Positions 24,674 to 33,897 are shown, counted from the first letter of the stretch. The stretch: DNA of 40,313 nt from Clostridia bacterium (GCA_017618795.1 JAFZTO010000025.1:1-40313), one strand, 5' to 3'. Numbers and translations are program-made. The notes: generated by a model from the sequence alone, not told the origin.

Positions 24674-25152
24674 GAAGCTGCGCCGTTTGTTTTACAGGTC
24701 ACAGAATCATTTCCGCGAACGAGCTGAAGCGGCTGAATGGCGTGCTGCCTGTTCTTGTTGAGAAACTGTATTCCGACGGGTACAGGGTGTTCTGTACAGG
24801 CGGTGCCATGGGTTTCGACATGCTAGCCGGCGAGGCCGTCTTAGAATTGAAGAACTCTCATAATGATGTGACGCTTGAAATTTTTCTTCCCTGTCGCGGA
24901 AGCAGTGACCGATGGCCCGCTGATCATAAAAAACGTCAGTCGTCCGTGCTTTCACAGGCTGAAAAGGTGAACGTTCTGTCGGATTACTATTACGACGGAT
25001 GCATGATGGTCAGGAACAGAAAAATGGTTGATTCCTGCGGAATGTGCGTGTCTTATTGCTGCAGACTGTCGGGCGGCGGGACGTTCGGAACGGTCTGCTA
25101 CGCGCTTGAAAAGGGTCTCAGGCTCATAAACATCGGGGAGAGAACAATATGA
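24670..25152 (+). CDS. SLOG-superfamily protein, DUF1273/YpsA-like
   Basis: CFTGHR near the N-terminus. GGAMGFDMLAGEAV Rossmann-like glycine loop. RNRKMVD and GGGT blocks are characteristic of DUF1273 proteins. ATGA overlap with the upstream gene. Confidence 0.75.
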   Translation: MRSCAVCFTGHRIISANELKRLNGVLPVLVEKLYSDGYRVFCTGGAMGFDMLAGEAVLELKNSHNDVTLEIFLPCRGSSDRWPADHKKRQSSVLSQAEKVNVLSDYYYDGCMMVRNRKMVDSCGMCVSYCCRLSGGGTFGTVCYALEKGLRLINIGERTI

Positions 25153-25751
25153 ACAATTTGAAAAGATTACTTTGTCTTGTCTGCGCGCTAGCTGCCGTGC
25201 TGTGGATGGCAGGTTGCGGCAGACTGAAAATAACTGATGAAGAGGCTCTTGAAATTCTGAACGACCTCATTCCGAAGGCCGCAGTGATAAACGATATTTT
25301 TTTCGGCGCCGGTCTGCCCGTCGGCGGAGAAGTACCGGAGTCTGAAAATTCCGAGGCGCTGTATATTCCGGTCAGCCCTGATTCGCCGTATCAGAGCGTA
25401 AAGGCGATAAAGGATGCCGCCGAGCAGGTCTATTCCTCGGGTTATCTCTCTTCCGTCTATGTGTCGATGTTTGAGGGTACGAGCGCGAATGGCGAGGAGG
25501 ACGCCGCTGTTGCGACGATAAGCCCGCGTTACAAGGAAATTGGCGGAGAACTCAGGATAAACGTCGGTTTTCCGTCATACAGCATCCGCAGGATAGAGTC
25601 CGTGCGCTCCGCGCATATAACGGGCAACGCGAGAAAACGTGTTACGGTTACGTGTTCATGCATTATACAGGGCTCAGACCGGGAAACTGAGCTGGTGCTA
25701 TATCTGACGCAGGAAAACGGGCGCTGGCTGCTGCAGAGCCCTTCCTACTGA
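25149..25751 (+). CDS. Lipoprotein of unknown function
   Basis: Lipobox (WMAGC). 200 aa, no recognised motifs. ATGA overlap with the upstream gene. Confidence 0.7.
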   Translation: MNNLKRLLCLVCALAAVLWMAGCGRLKITDEEALEILNDLIPKAAVINDIFFGAGLPVGGEVPESENSEALYIPVSPDSPYQSVKAIKDAAEQVYSSGYLSSVYVSMFEGTSANGEEDAAVATISPRYKEIGGELRINVGFPSYSIRRIESVRSAHITGNARKRVTVTCSCIIQGSDRETELVLYLTQENGRWLLQSPSY

Positions 25752-25752
25752 C

Positions 25753-26898
25753 ATGAAGAACGAAACTTTTGTCGCCGTATGTCTTTTCGGGCTTGAATCG
25801 CTGCTCGGCGGCGAGCTCGACGCGCTCGGATGCCGGAGAACGGAAACCATAGACGGAAGAATATGGTTCGAGGCGCCGATGGAATTTCTCCCGAAAATCA
25901 ATATAGGGTTGCGGTACGCCGAGCGCGTCCTGCTGCAGGTCGGCTCGTTCCCGGTTTCCACATTTTCCGATCTTTTTGACGGGACGTACGGGCTTCCGTG
26001 GAACGAATATATCTATGAGGACGACGCTTTTCCGGTCAGGGGACACAGTATAAAGAGCGCGCTTAAATCCGTGCCCGACTGCCAGAGCATAATAAAAAAA
26101 GCCGTTGCCAAAAAACTCGGTCAGTCATACGGAATGCTGACTCTGCCGGAGAGCGGAACAAAAAAGCAGATCGATTTCTTTATTCTGAAGGACGTCGCCT
26201 ACCTCATGATAGATACTACGGGTGAGCCTCTTCACAAGCGGGGATACAGGTCGGAAGCGACGGAGGCTCCGCTCCGCGAGACGCTCGCGGCGGCGATGGC
26301 GAAAATTGCGCGTCCGAGGGAAGACGTGCTGTTCTGGGATCCCATGTGCGGATCAGGAACGATAGCCGTCGAGGCTGCGATGATTGCAACGGACCGTGCG
26401 CCGGGACTTTACAGGAGCTTTGCTTCGGAAAGCTACGACTGGCTCCGTTTAACCGAATGGACCGAAGCACGCGAAGCGGGCAGAGCCAGAATCAAGAAAT
26501 CCGATATACGCATAAACGCCTCGGATATTTCTCCCGAGGCCGTGAAAACCGCACGCAGAAACATCGAAAGGGCAGGCGTGTCCGGAAACGTTTCATGTTT
26601 TGTCTGCGACGCGCTGAAGATACGCCCGGAAGAGGGGAAAGGAACGATTGTCTGCAATCCGCCGTACGGCGAGAGACTCGCAACACTGAAAGAGGCCGAA
26701 AGGCTTTATAAAGCCATGGGCGCGCATTTTCTAACCTTCGGTACGTGGCACATTTACGTTCTGACGTCTGACGAATGCTTCGAAAGGTGTTTCGGAAGAC
26801 GGGCAGACAAAGTCCGCAAACTTTACAACGGAATGATAAAATGCGGGTATTATCAGTATTTCAGGCATTCCTTATCCGAGAAAAATAATAAAAAATAA
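25753..26898 (+). CDS. THUMP-domain class I SAM-dependent RNA methyltransferase (RlmL N-terminal/YpsC-like)
   Basis: N-terminal THUMP-like region. Methyltransferase motif I DPMCGSGTI and motif IV NPPYGERL. It starts 1 nt after the previous stop. Confidence 0.85.
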   Translation: MKNETFVAVCLFGLESLLGGELDALGCRRTETIDGRIWFEAPMEFLPKINIGLRYAERVLLQVGSFPVSTFSDLFDGTYGLPWNEYIYEDDAFPVRGHSIKSALKSVPDCQSIIKKAVAKKLGQSYGMLTLPESGTKKQIDFFILKDVAYLMIDTTGEPLHKRGYRSEATEAPLRETLAAAMAKIARPREDVLFWDPMCGSGTIAVEAAMIATDRAPGLYRSFASESYDWLRLTEWTEAREAGRARIKKSDIRINASDISPEAVKTARRNIERAGVSGNVSCFVCDALKIRPEEGKGTIVCNPPYGERLATLKEAERLYKAMGAHFLTFGTWHIYVLTSDECFERCFGRRADKVRKLYNGMIKCGYYQYFRHSLSEKNNKK

Positions 26899-26917
26899 TA
26901 TTTTTTTCCAAAAAAGG

Positions 26918-26946
26918 TTGCACAATCCGGAATTTTATGGTATAAT
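26918..26946 (+). promoter_or_regulatory. Promoter with extended -10 ahead of sepF
   Basis: TTGCAC, 17-nt spacer ending in TGG, then TATAAT. Confidence 0.6.
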
Positions 26947-27029
26947 GTATAAGATGAAAGTCAGAAAGAATTTCTGCGACATTAAAATAAGAATTGAAAA
27001 CAGTTCCCACATGTACGGAGGATATAGAA

Positions 27030-27488
27030 ATGGGCTTCTTAAACAATTTTAAAAATCTGATCAATCCTGATGTAGACGACGACGATTACGTCGATGACGA
27101 CGACTATATTGACGTTGCGGAAGACACTCCCGTTCAAACTGCAAAGCCGCAGCAGGCCACGCAGCGCCCCGGTTTTAATCAGGGCGGCAATCCGTTCGGC
27201 GGTTCGCTTGAGCTGAAGGTGGTAAAACCCGAAAAGTACGACACTGCCACAGCGGAAAAGATTGCCAATCACCTGCTGAACAAGAGGTCTGTGGTTCTAA
27301 ATCTCGAGGCCACGAACAAAGAGTCCGCAAGACGTCTTATAGACTTTTTGTCCGGTGTCGTTTTCTCGATCGGGGGCTACATTCAGAGAGTGGCGACAAA
27401 CACTTTTATCGCCGTTCCGGACAACGTTGACGTGTCCGGCGAGCAACTCGCCGAGGCAAAGAAACAGGACGAGACCGACCTGTTCTGA
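27030..27488 (+). CDS. sepF: Cell division protein SepF
   Basis: Start at the ATG at 27030, after GGAGGA. The C-terminal domain LELKVVKPEKYDTATAEKIANHLLNKRSVVLNLEATNKESARRLIDFLSGVVFSIGG is typical of SepF/DUF552. The acidic N-terminal linker is DDDDYVDDDDYIDV. Confidence 0.9.
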   Translation: MGFLNNFKNLINPDVDDDDYVDDDDYIDVAEDTPVQTAKPQQATQRPGFNQGGNPFGGSLELKVVKPEKYDTATAEKIANHLLNKRSVVLNLEATNKESARRLIDFLSGVVFSIGGYIQRVATNTFIAVPDNVDVSGEQLAEAKKQDETDLF

Positions 27489-27499
27489 AACCGCAGTAT

Positions 27500-27525
27500 C
27501 GTCCCGCCGGGCTACCGGCGGGACG
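27500..27525. other. Perfect GC-rich 11-bp hairpin without U-tract
   Basis: CGTCCCGCCGG-GCTA-CCGGCGGGACG, 12 nt after the sepF stop. No T-run follows on either strand. Confidence 0.6.
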
Positions 27526-27665
27526 GTTAAACATGCCTGCCCAAGCTCTGCCCATTCGCAGAGTGCTGCGCAGATGTCTGAAATCGGCATAAGACCGCGG
27601 ATTATTCCGCCTGCCATAACGGACTGTTCGCAGTGCCGCGGCTTTTTATTTTACGGGGGAAAAAG

Positions 27666-27944
27666 ATGGAAAATATATTCAGAATGCTCGGGTATATTGT
27701 CTACTATTTTCTTTTTGCGCTCGGAATCGCGCTCCTTTTGCGAGCCGTGCTGTCGTGGTTTGTTGATGACGAGGACTCGAGAATAATGCGGTTTCTCGAA
27801 CTGATTACCGAGCCTGTAGTCATACTTGTGCGCGGAACGATGGGAAGGCTTTTCGAAAGCATTGCCTCCCCGATTGATATCTCGTATATAATTACGGTCC
27901 TTCTGGTGGAACTTGCCGCCGTGATTGTCAGAAATATAATTTAA
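27666..27944 (+). CDS. yggT: YggT-family membrane protein
   Basis: Start at the ATG at 27666. About 92 aa with two hydrophobic helices. LLRAVLSWF and ITEPV blocks are typical of YggT/YlmG. Confidence 0.85.
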   Translation: MENIFRMLGYIVYYFLFALGIALLLRAVLSWFVDDEDSRIMRFLELITEPVVILVRGTMGRLFESIASPIDISYIITVLLVELAAVIVRNII

Positions 27945-27979
27945 TCTGTTGTCCCCGTCCCGGGGAAGAAAGGAAAAAA

Positions 27980-28891
27980 ATGCTTGCTCCGCATGAACTG
28001 AAAAACAAGGAATTTACAAAATCGCTCCGAGGCTACAGCACCGAGGAGGTCGACGAGCATATAGCGTTCATTATAGAAAAATATACCGACCTTTACAGGG
28101 AAAACGACGCCCTTGAGAAGAAGCTGAAGCTGACAGAGGCAAGGCTCGATTCCATGAAATCCGAGGAGGATTCCATCCGTTCCGCGCTCGTCAACGCTCA
28201 GAAGGCCAGCAAATCGATAATCGACGAGGCGAACGAACAGGCGGACGTTATAATACGCTCAGCCAAGACTAACTGCGACCGCCTCATATCCGAGATGAAA
28301 AAAAAGGTCGCCGCCGAAGAGGAAAAGCTTGAGATAGTCAGAGCCGAGACAAAGAGCTTCAAGGCGGCGCTGTTTGAGGTTTACGGGCAGCACATTTCCA
28401 TGATAGAGGCGATCGCGCCCGAAATCGAGAGTTCTGAAACAAGCGCGGAGCGCGTCGAAGCGATGACGAAACTGGTTACAGACCGCATAAAGGAGGACCT
28501 TGACAAGCTGCAGTCGTCTACCCTCGGCGGAGTCGCCGCATTCGAGGAAAACAAAGAGACCGACGAAAAGGACGCTGACGTCACCGTCCCCGCCGAGGTT
28601 GTTATTCCCGATAATATTACCGATCCTGTTGTGAACGTAACAGCGGTGCGCGACGACGATCAGATTTCATTTGACGAGATAGCCGAGAAAGACAGCCAGC
28701 GCGAGGAGCAGACCGACGAAAAGGACGAATCTCTCATCGATTCGATACGCCGTATCAACGGCCAGGTGAACAGGAACACGCGAGACGACGACGAGGAGTT
28801 TCTTCGTCTGCTTCGCATGGCGTCCGGAAACGGCGACATGACCTCGACGGAGGCCTTTGAGATGGCATACGACGGGAAAAGAAAGGATTAA
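27980..28891 (+). CDS. divIVA: DivIVA-domain protein
   Basis: N-terminal LAPHELKNKEFTKSLRGYSTEEVDEHI is the canonical DivIVA lipid-binding head. Coiled coils and an acidic tail follow. Confidence 0.9.
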   Translation: MLAPHELKNKEFTKSLRGYSTEEVDEHIAFIIEKYTDLYRENDALEKKLKLTEARLDSMKSEEDSIRSALVNAQKASKSIIDEANEQADVIIRSAKTNCDRLISEMKKKVAAEEEKLEIVRAETKSFKAALFEVYGQHISMIEAIAPEIESSETSAERVEAMTKLVTDRIKEDLDKLQSSTLGGVAAFEENKETDEKDADVTVPAEVVIPDNITDPVVNVTAVRDDDQISFDEIAEKDSQREEQTDEKDESLIDSIRRINGQVNRNTRDDDEEFLRLLRMASGNGDMTSTEAFEMAYDGKRKD

Positions 28892-28906
28892 CCGACAGAC
28901 TGACCT

Positions 28907-31666
28907 ATGGATTACGCAAAAACTTTGAATCTGCCGCGTACGGAATTTCCCATGAGGGCCAACCTTGCCCAGCGTGAGCCGGAAATGCTTGCGCGCTGGA
29001 CCTCGCTTGACCTGTACGTAAAACTTAAAGAGAAAAACGCGGACCGCCCGCTGTTCATCATTCACGACGGACCGCCGTTTTCCAACGGGAAAATCCATAT
29101 GGGGCATGCCATGAACAAGCTCCTGAAGGATTTTATCAACAAATATAAGTCCATGACCGGGTACCTTACTCCTTACGTTCCCGGATGGGACAACCACGGC
29201 ATGCCTATCGAATCGGCTATAATAAAAAAGAACAAGCTTGACCGGAAGAGGATGTCTGTTCCGGAATTCCGTACAGCCTGCCATAAATTCGCGCAGGATT
29301 TCGTCGATATTCAGATGGATCAGTTCAAACGGCTGGGAGTCGTGGGCGACTGGGAGCATCCCTACCTGACGATGGACCCGAAATTCGAGGCAAGAGAGGT
29401 GCTCGTTTTCGGAGAAATGTACCGCAAGGGTTACATATACAAGGGCCTGAAGCCGGTTTACTGGTGCCCGAAGGATGAAACTGCGCTTGCTGAGGCCGAG
29501 ATTGAGTATTCAGACGATCCGTGCACCTCGATTTATGTGAAATTCCGTCTTGAGGACGATAAGGGGAAGTTCGGAACGGACCCTGAAAACACGTTTTTTA
29601 TTATCTGGACAACCACGACATGGACCCTCCCGGGCAACCTTGCAATCGCTGTCCATCCGAGAGAAAGCTACGCCCTTGTCAGGGCGGGACGCGAGAATTA
29701 CATAATTGCCGAGGCGCTCGCCGAAAAGACCATGCGCGCCGGGAACGTCGGGAATTACGAAATTCTGCGCACGTTCAGCGGGTCTGAGCTTGAGTACATG
29801 ACGGCAAGGCATCCGTTCCTTGACCGTCTGTCAGTAATCGTAAACGCCGATTACGTTACCATGGATTCCGGTACCGGCTGCGTGCATACCGCTCCGGGAT
29901 TCGGCGCCGACGACTATATGACCTGCAGAAAGTATAATATAGACATAGTTGTTCCGGTCGACGACAGGGGGTATCAGACATCCGACGCCGGGAAATACGC
30001 CGGAATGTACTATGCCGAATCAAACGACGCAATTCTTGCCGATATGAAGGAAAGCGGTGCGCTGTTCGCCTCCGAGCAGGTCGTGCACTCGTACCCGCAC
30101 TGCTGGAGATGCAAGAGTCCGATCATTTTCAGAGCCACGCCTCAGTGGTTCTGCTCGGTGAAGGCCTTCCGCGACAAAGCAATAGAGGCCTGCCGCGATG
30201 TCGAATGGATTCCCGAATGGGGAGAGGAGCGCATTTCGCAGATGATAAGCGAGCGCGCCGACTGGTGCATTTCGCGTCAGCGTCACTGGGGCCTGCCCAT
30301 ACCCGTGTTCTATTGCTCGGATTGCGGAAAACCGGTCTGCACCGAAGAAACCATAAACAGAATATCCGCCGTGTTCGGAGAAAAGGGCTCAAACGCCTGG
30401 TTTGACGAGGACACGGAAAAGCTGCTTCCTGAGGGTTTTTCATGCCCGTTCTGCGGAGGAAATAAATTCACGAAGGAAACAGACACCCTAGACGGATGGT
30501 TCGATTCAGGATCCACGCACTTCAAGGTACTAGAAGAGGATGGAATGAGCTGGCCGGCCGACCTTTATCTTGAGGGCGCGGACCAGTACCGCGGATGGTT
30601 CCAGTCGTCCATGCTCACCGCCGTCGGTGCCAGGGGGCAGGGCGCTCCGTACCGTCAGGTGCTTACGCACGGCTGGGTCGTCGACGGCGAGGGGAAAGCT
30701 ATGCACAAATCCCTCGGCAATTCGATTGTTCCGGACGACATTGTTCCGAAATACGGCGCAGACCTTGTGCGTCTGTGGGTTGCCTCGTCCGATTATCAGG
30801 CGGACGTGCGCTGCTCTGATAACATATTCAAGCAGCTTTCCGAGGCTTATCGCAAAATCAGAAATACAATAAGGTTTCTGATGGCAAACATAGGCGATGC
30901 CGGGACAGACTTCGATCCGGATCGCGATATGGTAAATGTAGACATACTTCCGGGCATCGACCGCTGGATTCTCGCCAAGCTTAACCGCCTTGTCAGGACC
31001 TGCCGCGATGCCTACGACGCCTACGCTTTCCATATCGTTTACCACGAAGTGAGCGATTTCTGCACCGTCGAGCTTTCGAAACTGTATGCCGACATAACAA
31101 AGGACAGGGTTTACGTCGAAGGCACCGCTTCCGTCGAACGTCGTTCCGTGCAGACCACCATGTACATTGTTCTATCGACCCTGCTTCGTCTCTTTGCGCC
31201 TGTTCTTTCGTACACGACCGACGAGGCGTGGTGCATTATGCCGCATTCCTCTGCGGAGGACGGAAGAAACGTTCTGCTGAACGGTATGCCGTCATACAGG
31301 GAAGATTTCGAATTTGCCGATGAAGACAAATGGGACAGGCTCTTTGAACTCCGCGAGGAGGTCATGAAGGCTCTCGAAACGGCACGCGAAAACAAAAAAA
31401 TCGGCAAATCGCTTGACGCGGACGTCACTATTCACACCGACGCCGAAACGGCTGAATTTCTTTCATCGTTTGGCGCGGAAACGCTGGAGACGGTGTTTAT
31501 TGTGTCCGATGTTGAAACAGTCGCGGACGGAGAAAAATCAATAGATGTTTCATCCGCAAAGGGCGAAAAATGCGTTCGCTGCTGGAAATTCGTAACTGAT
31601 TTCGTGAAAGACGCGGACGGTGACTGCCTGTGCGCGCGTTGCGCGAAAGTCGTGAACGGACAATGA
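28907..31666 (+). CDS. ileS: Isoleucine--tRNA ligase
   Basis: 919 aa. HIGH-type motif PPFSNGKIHMGHAMNK. KMSKS-type GKAMHKSLGN. CP1 editing insertion. C-terminal CVRCW...CARC zinc knuckles. Confidence 0.97.
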   Translation: MDYAKTLNLPRTEFPMRANLAQREPEMLARWTSLDLYVKLKEKNADRPLFIIHDGPPFSNGKIHMGHAMNKLLKDFINKYKSMTGYLTPYVPGWDNHGMPIESAIIKKNKLDRKRMSVPEFRTACHKFAQDFVDIQMDQFKRLGVVGDWEHPYLTMDPKFEAREVLVFGEMYRKGYIYKGLKPVYWCPKDETALAEAEIEYSDDPCTSIYVKFRLEDDKGKFGTDPENTFFIIWTTTTWTLPGNLAIAVHPRESYALVRAGRENYIIAEALAEKTMRAGNVGNYEILRTFSGSELEYMTARHPFLDRLSVIVNADYVTMDSGTGCVHTAPGFGADDYMTCRKYNIDIVVPVDDRGYQTSDAGKYAGMYYAESNDAILADMKESGALFASEQVVHSYPHCWRCKSPIIFRATPQWFCSVKAFRDKAIEACRDVEWIPEWGEERISQMISERADWCISRQRHWGLPIPVFYCSDCGKPVCTEETINRISAVFGEKGSNAWFDEDTEKLLPEGFSCPFCGGNKFTKETDTLDGWFDSGSTHFKVLEEDGMSWPADLYLEGADQYRGWFQSSMLTAVGARGQGAPYRQVLTHGWVVDGEGKAMHKSLGNSIVPDDIVPKYGADLVRLWVASSDYQADVRCSDNIFKQLSEAYRKIRNTIRFLMANIGDAGTDFDPDRDMVNVDILPGIDRWILAKLNRLVRTCRDAYDAYAFHIVYHEVSDFCTVELSKLYADITKDRVYVEGTASVERRSVQTTMYIVLSTLLRLFAPVLSYTTDEAWCIMPHSSAEDGRNVLLNGMPSYREDFEFADEDKWDRLFELREEVMKALETARENKKIGKSLDADVTIHTDAETAEFLSSFGAETLETVFIVSDVETVADGEKSIDVSSAKGEKCVRCWKFVTDFVKDADGDCLCARCAKVVNGQ

Positions 31667-32181
31667 GGCTGATTATCTGGGGAGTCGTCGCCGCGCTCGC
31701 GGTGGTGCTTGATCAGGTTTCCAAATCCATAGTCATCGACAGGCTGATGCCGGTTTCGGAGGCGGAGTTTATCCCCGGTTTCATTGGTTTCCGCTACTGC
31801 GAAAATACAGGGGCCGCGTTCGGAATGATGAAGGGTTTCCGCTGGGTTTTCATTGTTCTCTCGATCGTAGCGATAATCGGTATTATAATATATCTGATTG
31901 CGCGGCGCGGGACGGTGCATCCGCTCACGGGTCTTGCGCTTGCCATGATTGCGGGCGGAGGCATCGGCAATCAGATAGACAGGATTGCAAACGGATACGT
32001 CGTTGATTTCATCGAATTTCAGTTTGTCGATTTTGCCATATTCAACATAGCTGACAGTTTTGTAACGGTCGGCGCGTTGCTTGTGATTATCAGCGTCGTG
32101 TTTTTTGATAAAAATCTTCTTGGTGACGGGGAGAAAAGGAAAAAAGCGGACGTAAGCGACGGACAGGTGAAACCTGACTGA
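31663..32181 (+). CDS. lspA: Lipoprotein signal peptidase (signal peptidase II)
   Basis: Start at the ATG at 31663 (ATGA overlap with the ileS stop). Conserved blocks DQVSK, NTGAAFG, GNQIDR, VVDFI, FNIAD. Confidence 0.93.
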   Translation: MRLIIWGVVAALAVVLDQVSKSIVIDRLMPVSEAEFIPGFIGFRYCENTGAAFGMMKGFRWVFIVLSIVAIIGIIIYLIARRGTVHPLTGLALAMIAGGGIGNQIDRIANGYVVDFIEFQFVDFAIFNIADSFVTVGALLVIISVVFFDKNLLGDGEKRKKADVSDGQVKPD

Positions 32182-33083
32182 TGGAAGAGCTTAAAAGACT
32201 TGACATATACGTGGCGGAACGTGAACAATTAACACGTTCCGCTTCTCAAAAACTGATAGAGGACGGCAACGTCACGGTAAACGGCAGGCCGTCAAAAAAG
32301 AATTATTTGGTGCAGCCGGACGACGCGGTTGACGTAAACGTTCCGGAAATGCTGCCCGACAGGGCTGTCCCCCAGGACATTCCGCTTGACGTTGTGTATG
32401 AGGACGACTGCCTTCTTGTCGTGAACAAGCCCAAGGGCATGGTAGTTCATCCTGCGGCCGGAAATCCCGACGGAACTCTGGTTAACGCGCTCCTGTATCA
32501 CTGCGGCGCGTCGCTTTCGGGGATTAACGGTGTGCTCAGGCCCGGAATAGTCCACCGCATAGACAAAGACACGAGCGGTCTGCTCGTGGTTGCCAAAAAC
32601 GATACGGCGCACGTTTCGCTTGCGGAGCAGATATCTTCGCACAGGTTTGAAAGGACGTATCTTGCCATGACGGTAGGCCACTTGAAGAATGAAAACGGCA
32701 GGATCTGCAAGCCCATAGGCAGGCATCCTGTCGACAGAAAAAGGATGGCGGTTGTGGCCGGAGGCAGGGAAGCCGCTACAAATTACGAGGTTCTTAAGCG
32801 CGTGAGCGGTTACGATATGCTGCGTCTGAGGCTTGAAACGGGAAGGACGCACCAGATACGCGTTCATATGGCCTCGGAGGGGCACCCGGTAATGGGGGAC
32901 AAACTATACGGCGGCGGAAGAACAAGATTCGAAATCGTTCACGAAAAGCTACTCTGCGGACAGTGCCTGCATGCATCGTCGATAAGCTTCGTCCATCCGC
33001 TGAGCGGAGATTTCTTGCGGTTCGAATCGCCTCTGCCCGATTATTTCGCCCGCGTCATTGAGTTGCTTGAAAATGAACAATGA
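32181..33083 (+). CDS. rluD: RluA-family 23S rRNA pseudouridine synthase (RluD-like)
   Basis: N-terminal S4-like domain (RLDIYVAE...). Catalytic HRIDKDTSGLLVVAK. RTHQIRVH block. 1-nt overlap with the lspA stop. Confidence 0.92.
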   Translation: MEELKRLDIYVAEREQLTRSASQKLIEDGNVTVNGRPSKKNYLVQPDDAVDVNVPEMLPDRAVPQDIPLDVVYEDDCLLVVNKPKGMVVHPAAGNPDGTLVNALLYHCGASLSGINGVLRPGIVHRIDKDTSGLLVVAKNDTAHVSLAEQISSHRFERTYLAMTVGHLKNENGRICKPIGRHPVDRKRMAVVAGGREAATNYEVLKRVSGYDMLRLRLETGRTHQIRVHMASEGHPVMGDKLYGGGRTRFEIVHEKLLCGQCLHASSISFVHPLSGDFLRFESPLPDYFARVIELLENEQ

Positions 33084-33897
33084 TACAATATTTGAAAACG
33101 CGATAATTCTCAGCGATTTTGACGGAACGTTTGCGTATAAGGCTCCGGACAGGGATGTCGCTCCGCAGGAGGACAATTTGAGGGCGGTCGAATATTTTAA
33201 AACGCTCGGCGGGCATTTCACTCTGTCCACGGGGCGTCTGCCGGCGCTTCTGCCTAAAATCATGCCGTATTACAGAGAGGTTGTCAACGCTCCCATGATA
33301 ATGGGCAACGGTTCGCTGCTTTTCGATCCGGAAACCGGCGAAATAATGGAAAAACATACCATACCGAGGGAGAGAGCCGAAGAACTTCTTGACGACGTGC
33401 TGACCAGATTCACTCCCAGAAAATGGTATTTTTACGGTTCGCACGGCGGGATGTGCAATCCGCCCACCGACGGGGACAGAGAGCTTCCGTACCGCTTCAA
33501 GATGAACTTTCTGTTCGGTTCGCCGCAGGACGCCGTGGCTTTTCGCGATTACGTAAGAGAAAGGCACGGCGCGCGGTTCAACGCGTTCCGCTCCATTCCA
33601 ACGTGCTGCGAGATCGTAGACAGATCGGCGCTGAAAAGCGCTCTGGTCTCAAGAGTAAAGGAAATTCTGTCGCGGAGTGAAGGAAAAAAGGCGTCTGACT
33701 ACCGCGTATACGTGGCGGGGGATTTTGAAAACGACCTGAACATTATTGAATGCGCTGACGTGTCGTTCTGCCCTTCAGACGCGCTGGACGAGGTAAAGGA
33801 AGCCGCGGATCACGTTCTCTGCAGCTGCAGTGAAGGGATATTGTTTCCGATGCTCGAATACATTGAAGAAAATGAGAGGATGCATAATAATGGGTGA
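33073..33897 (+). CDS. HAD-superfamily hydrolase (Cof/IIB-like phosphatase)
   Basis: Start at the ATG at 33073 (11-nt overlap with rluD). Motif I LSDFDGTF. STGR motif II region. Motif IV GDFENDLNIIE. Confidence 0.8.
   Translation: MNNDTIFENAIILSDFDGTFAYKAPDRDVAPQEDNLRAVEYFKTLGGHFTLSTGRLPALLPKIMPYYREVVNAPMIMGNGSLLFDPETGEIMEKHTIPRERAEELLDDVLTRFTPRKWYFYGSHGGMCNPPTDGDRELPYRFKMNFLFGSPQDAVAFRDYVRERHGARFNAFRSIPTCCEIVDRSALKSALVSRVKEILSRSEGKKASDYRVYVAGDFENDLNIIECADVSFCPSDALDEVKEAADHVLCSCSEGILFPMLEYIEENERMHNNG

Noticed and set aside
28892-28906. T-box or other leader upstream of ileS (and of metG near 33890)
   Set aside because: The available spacer is 15 nt for ileS and negative for metG, so a leader RNA is physically impossible.
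28667-29359. 230-aa reverse-strand ORF across the divIVA-ileS junction
   Set aside because: It is antisense to two well-supported genes and has no motifs.
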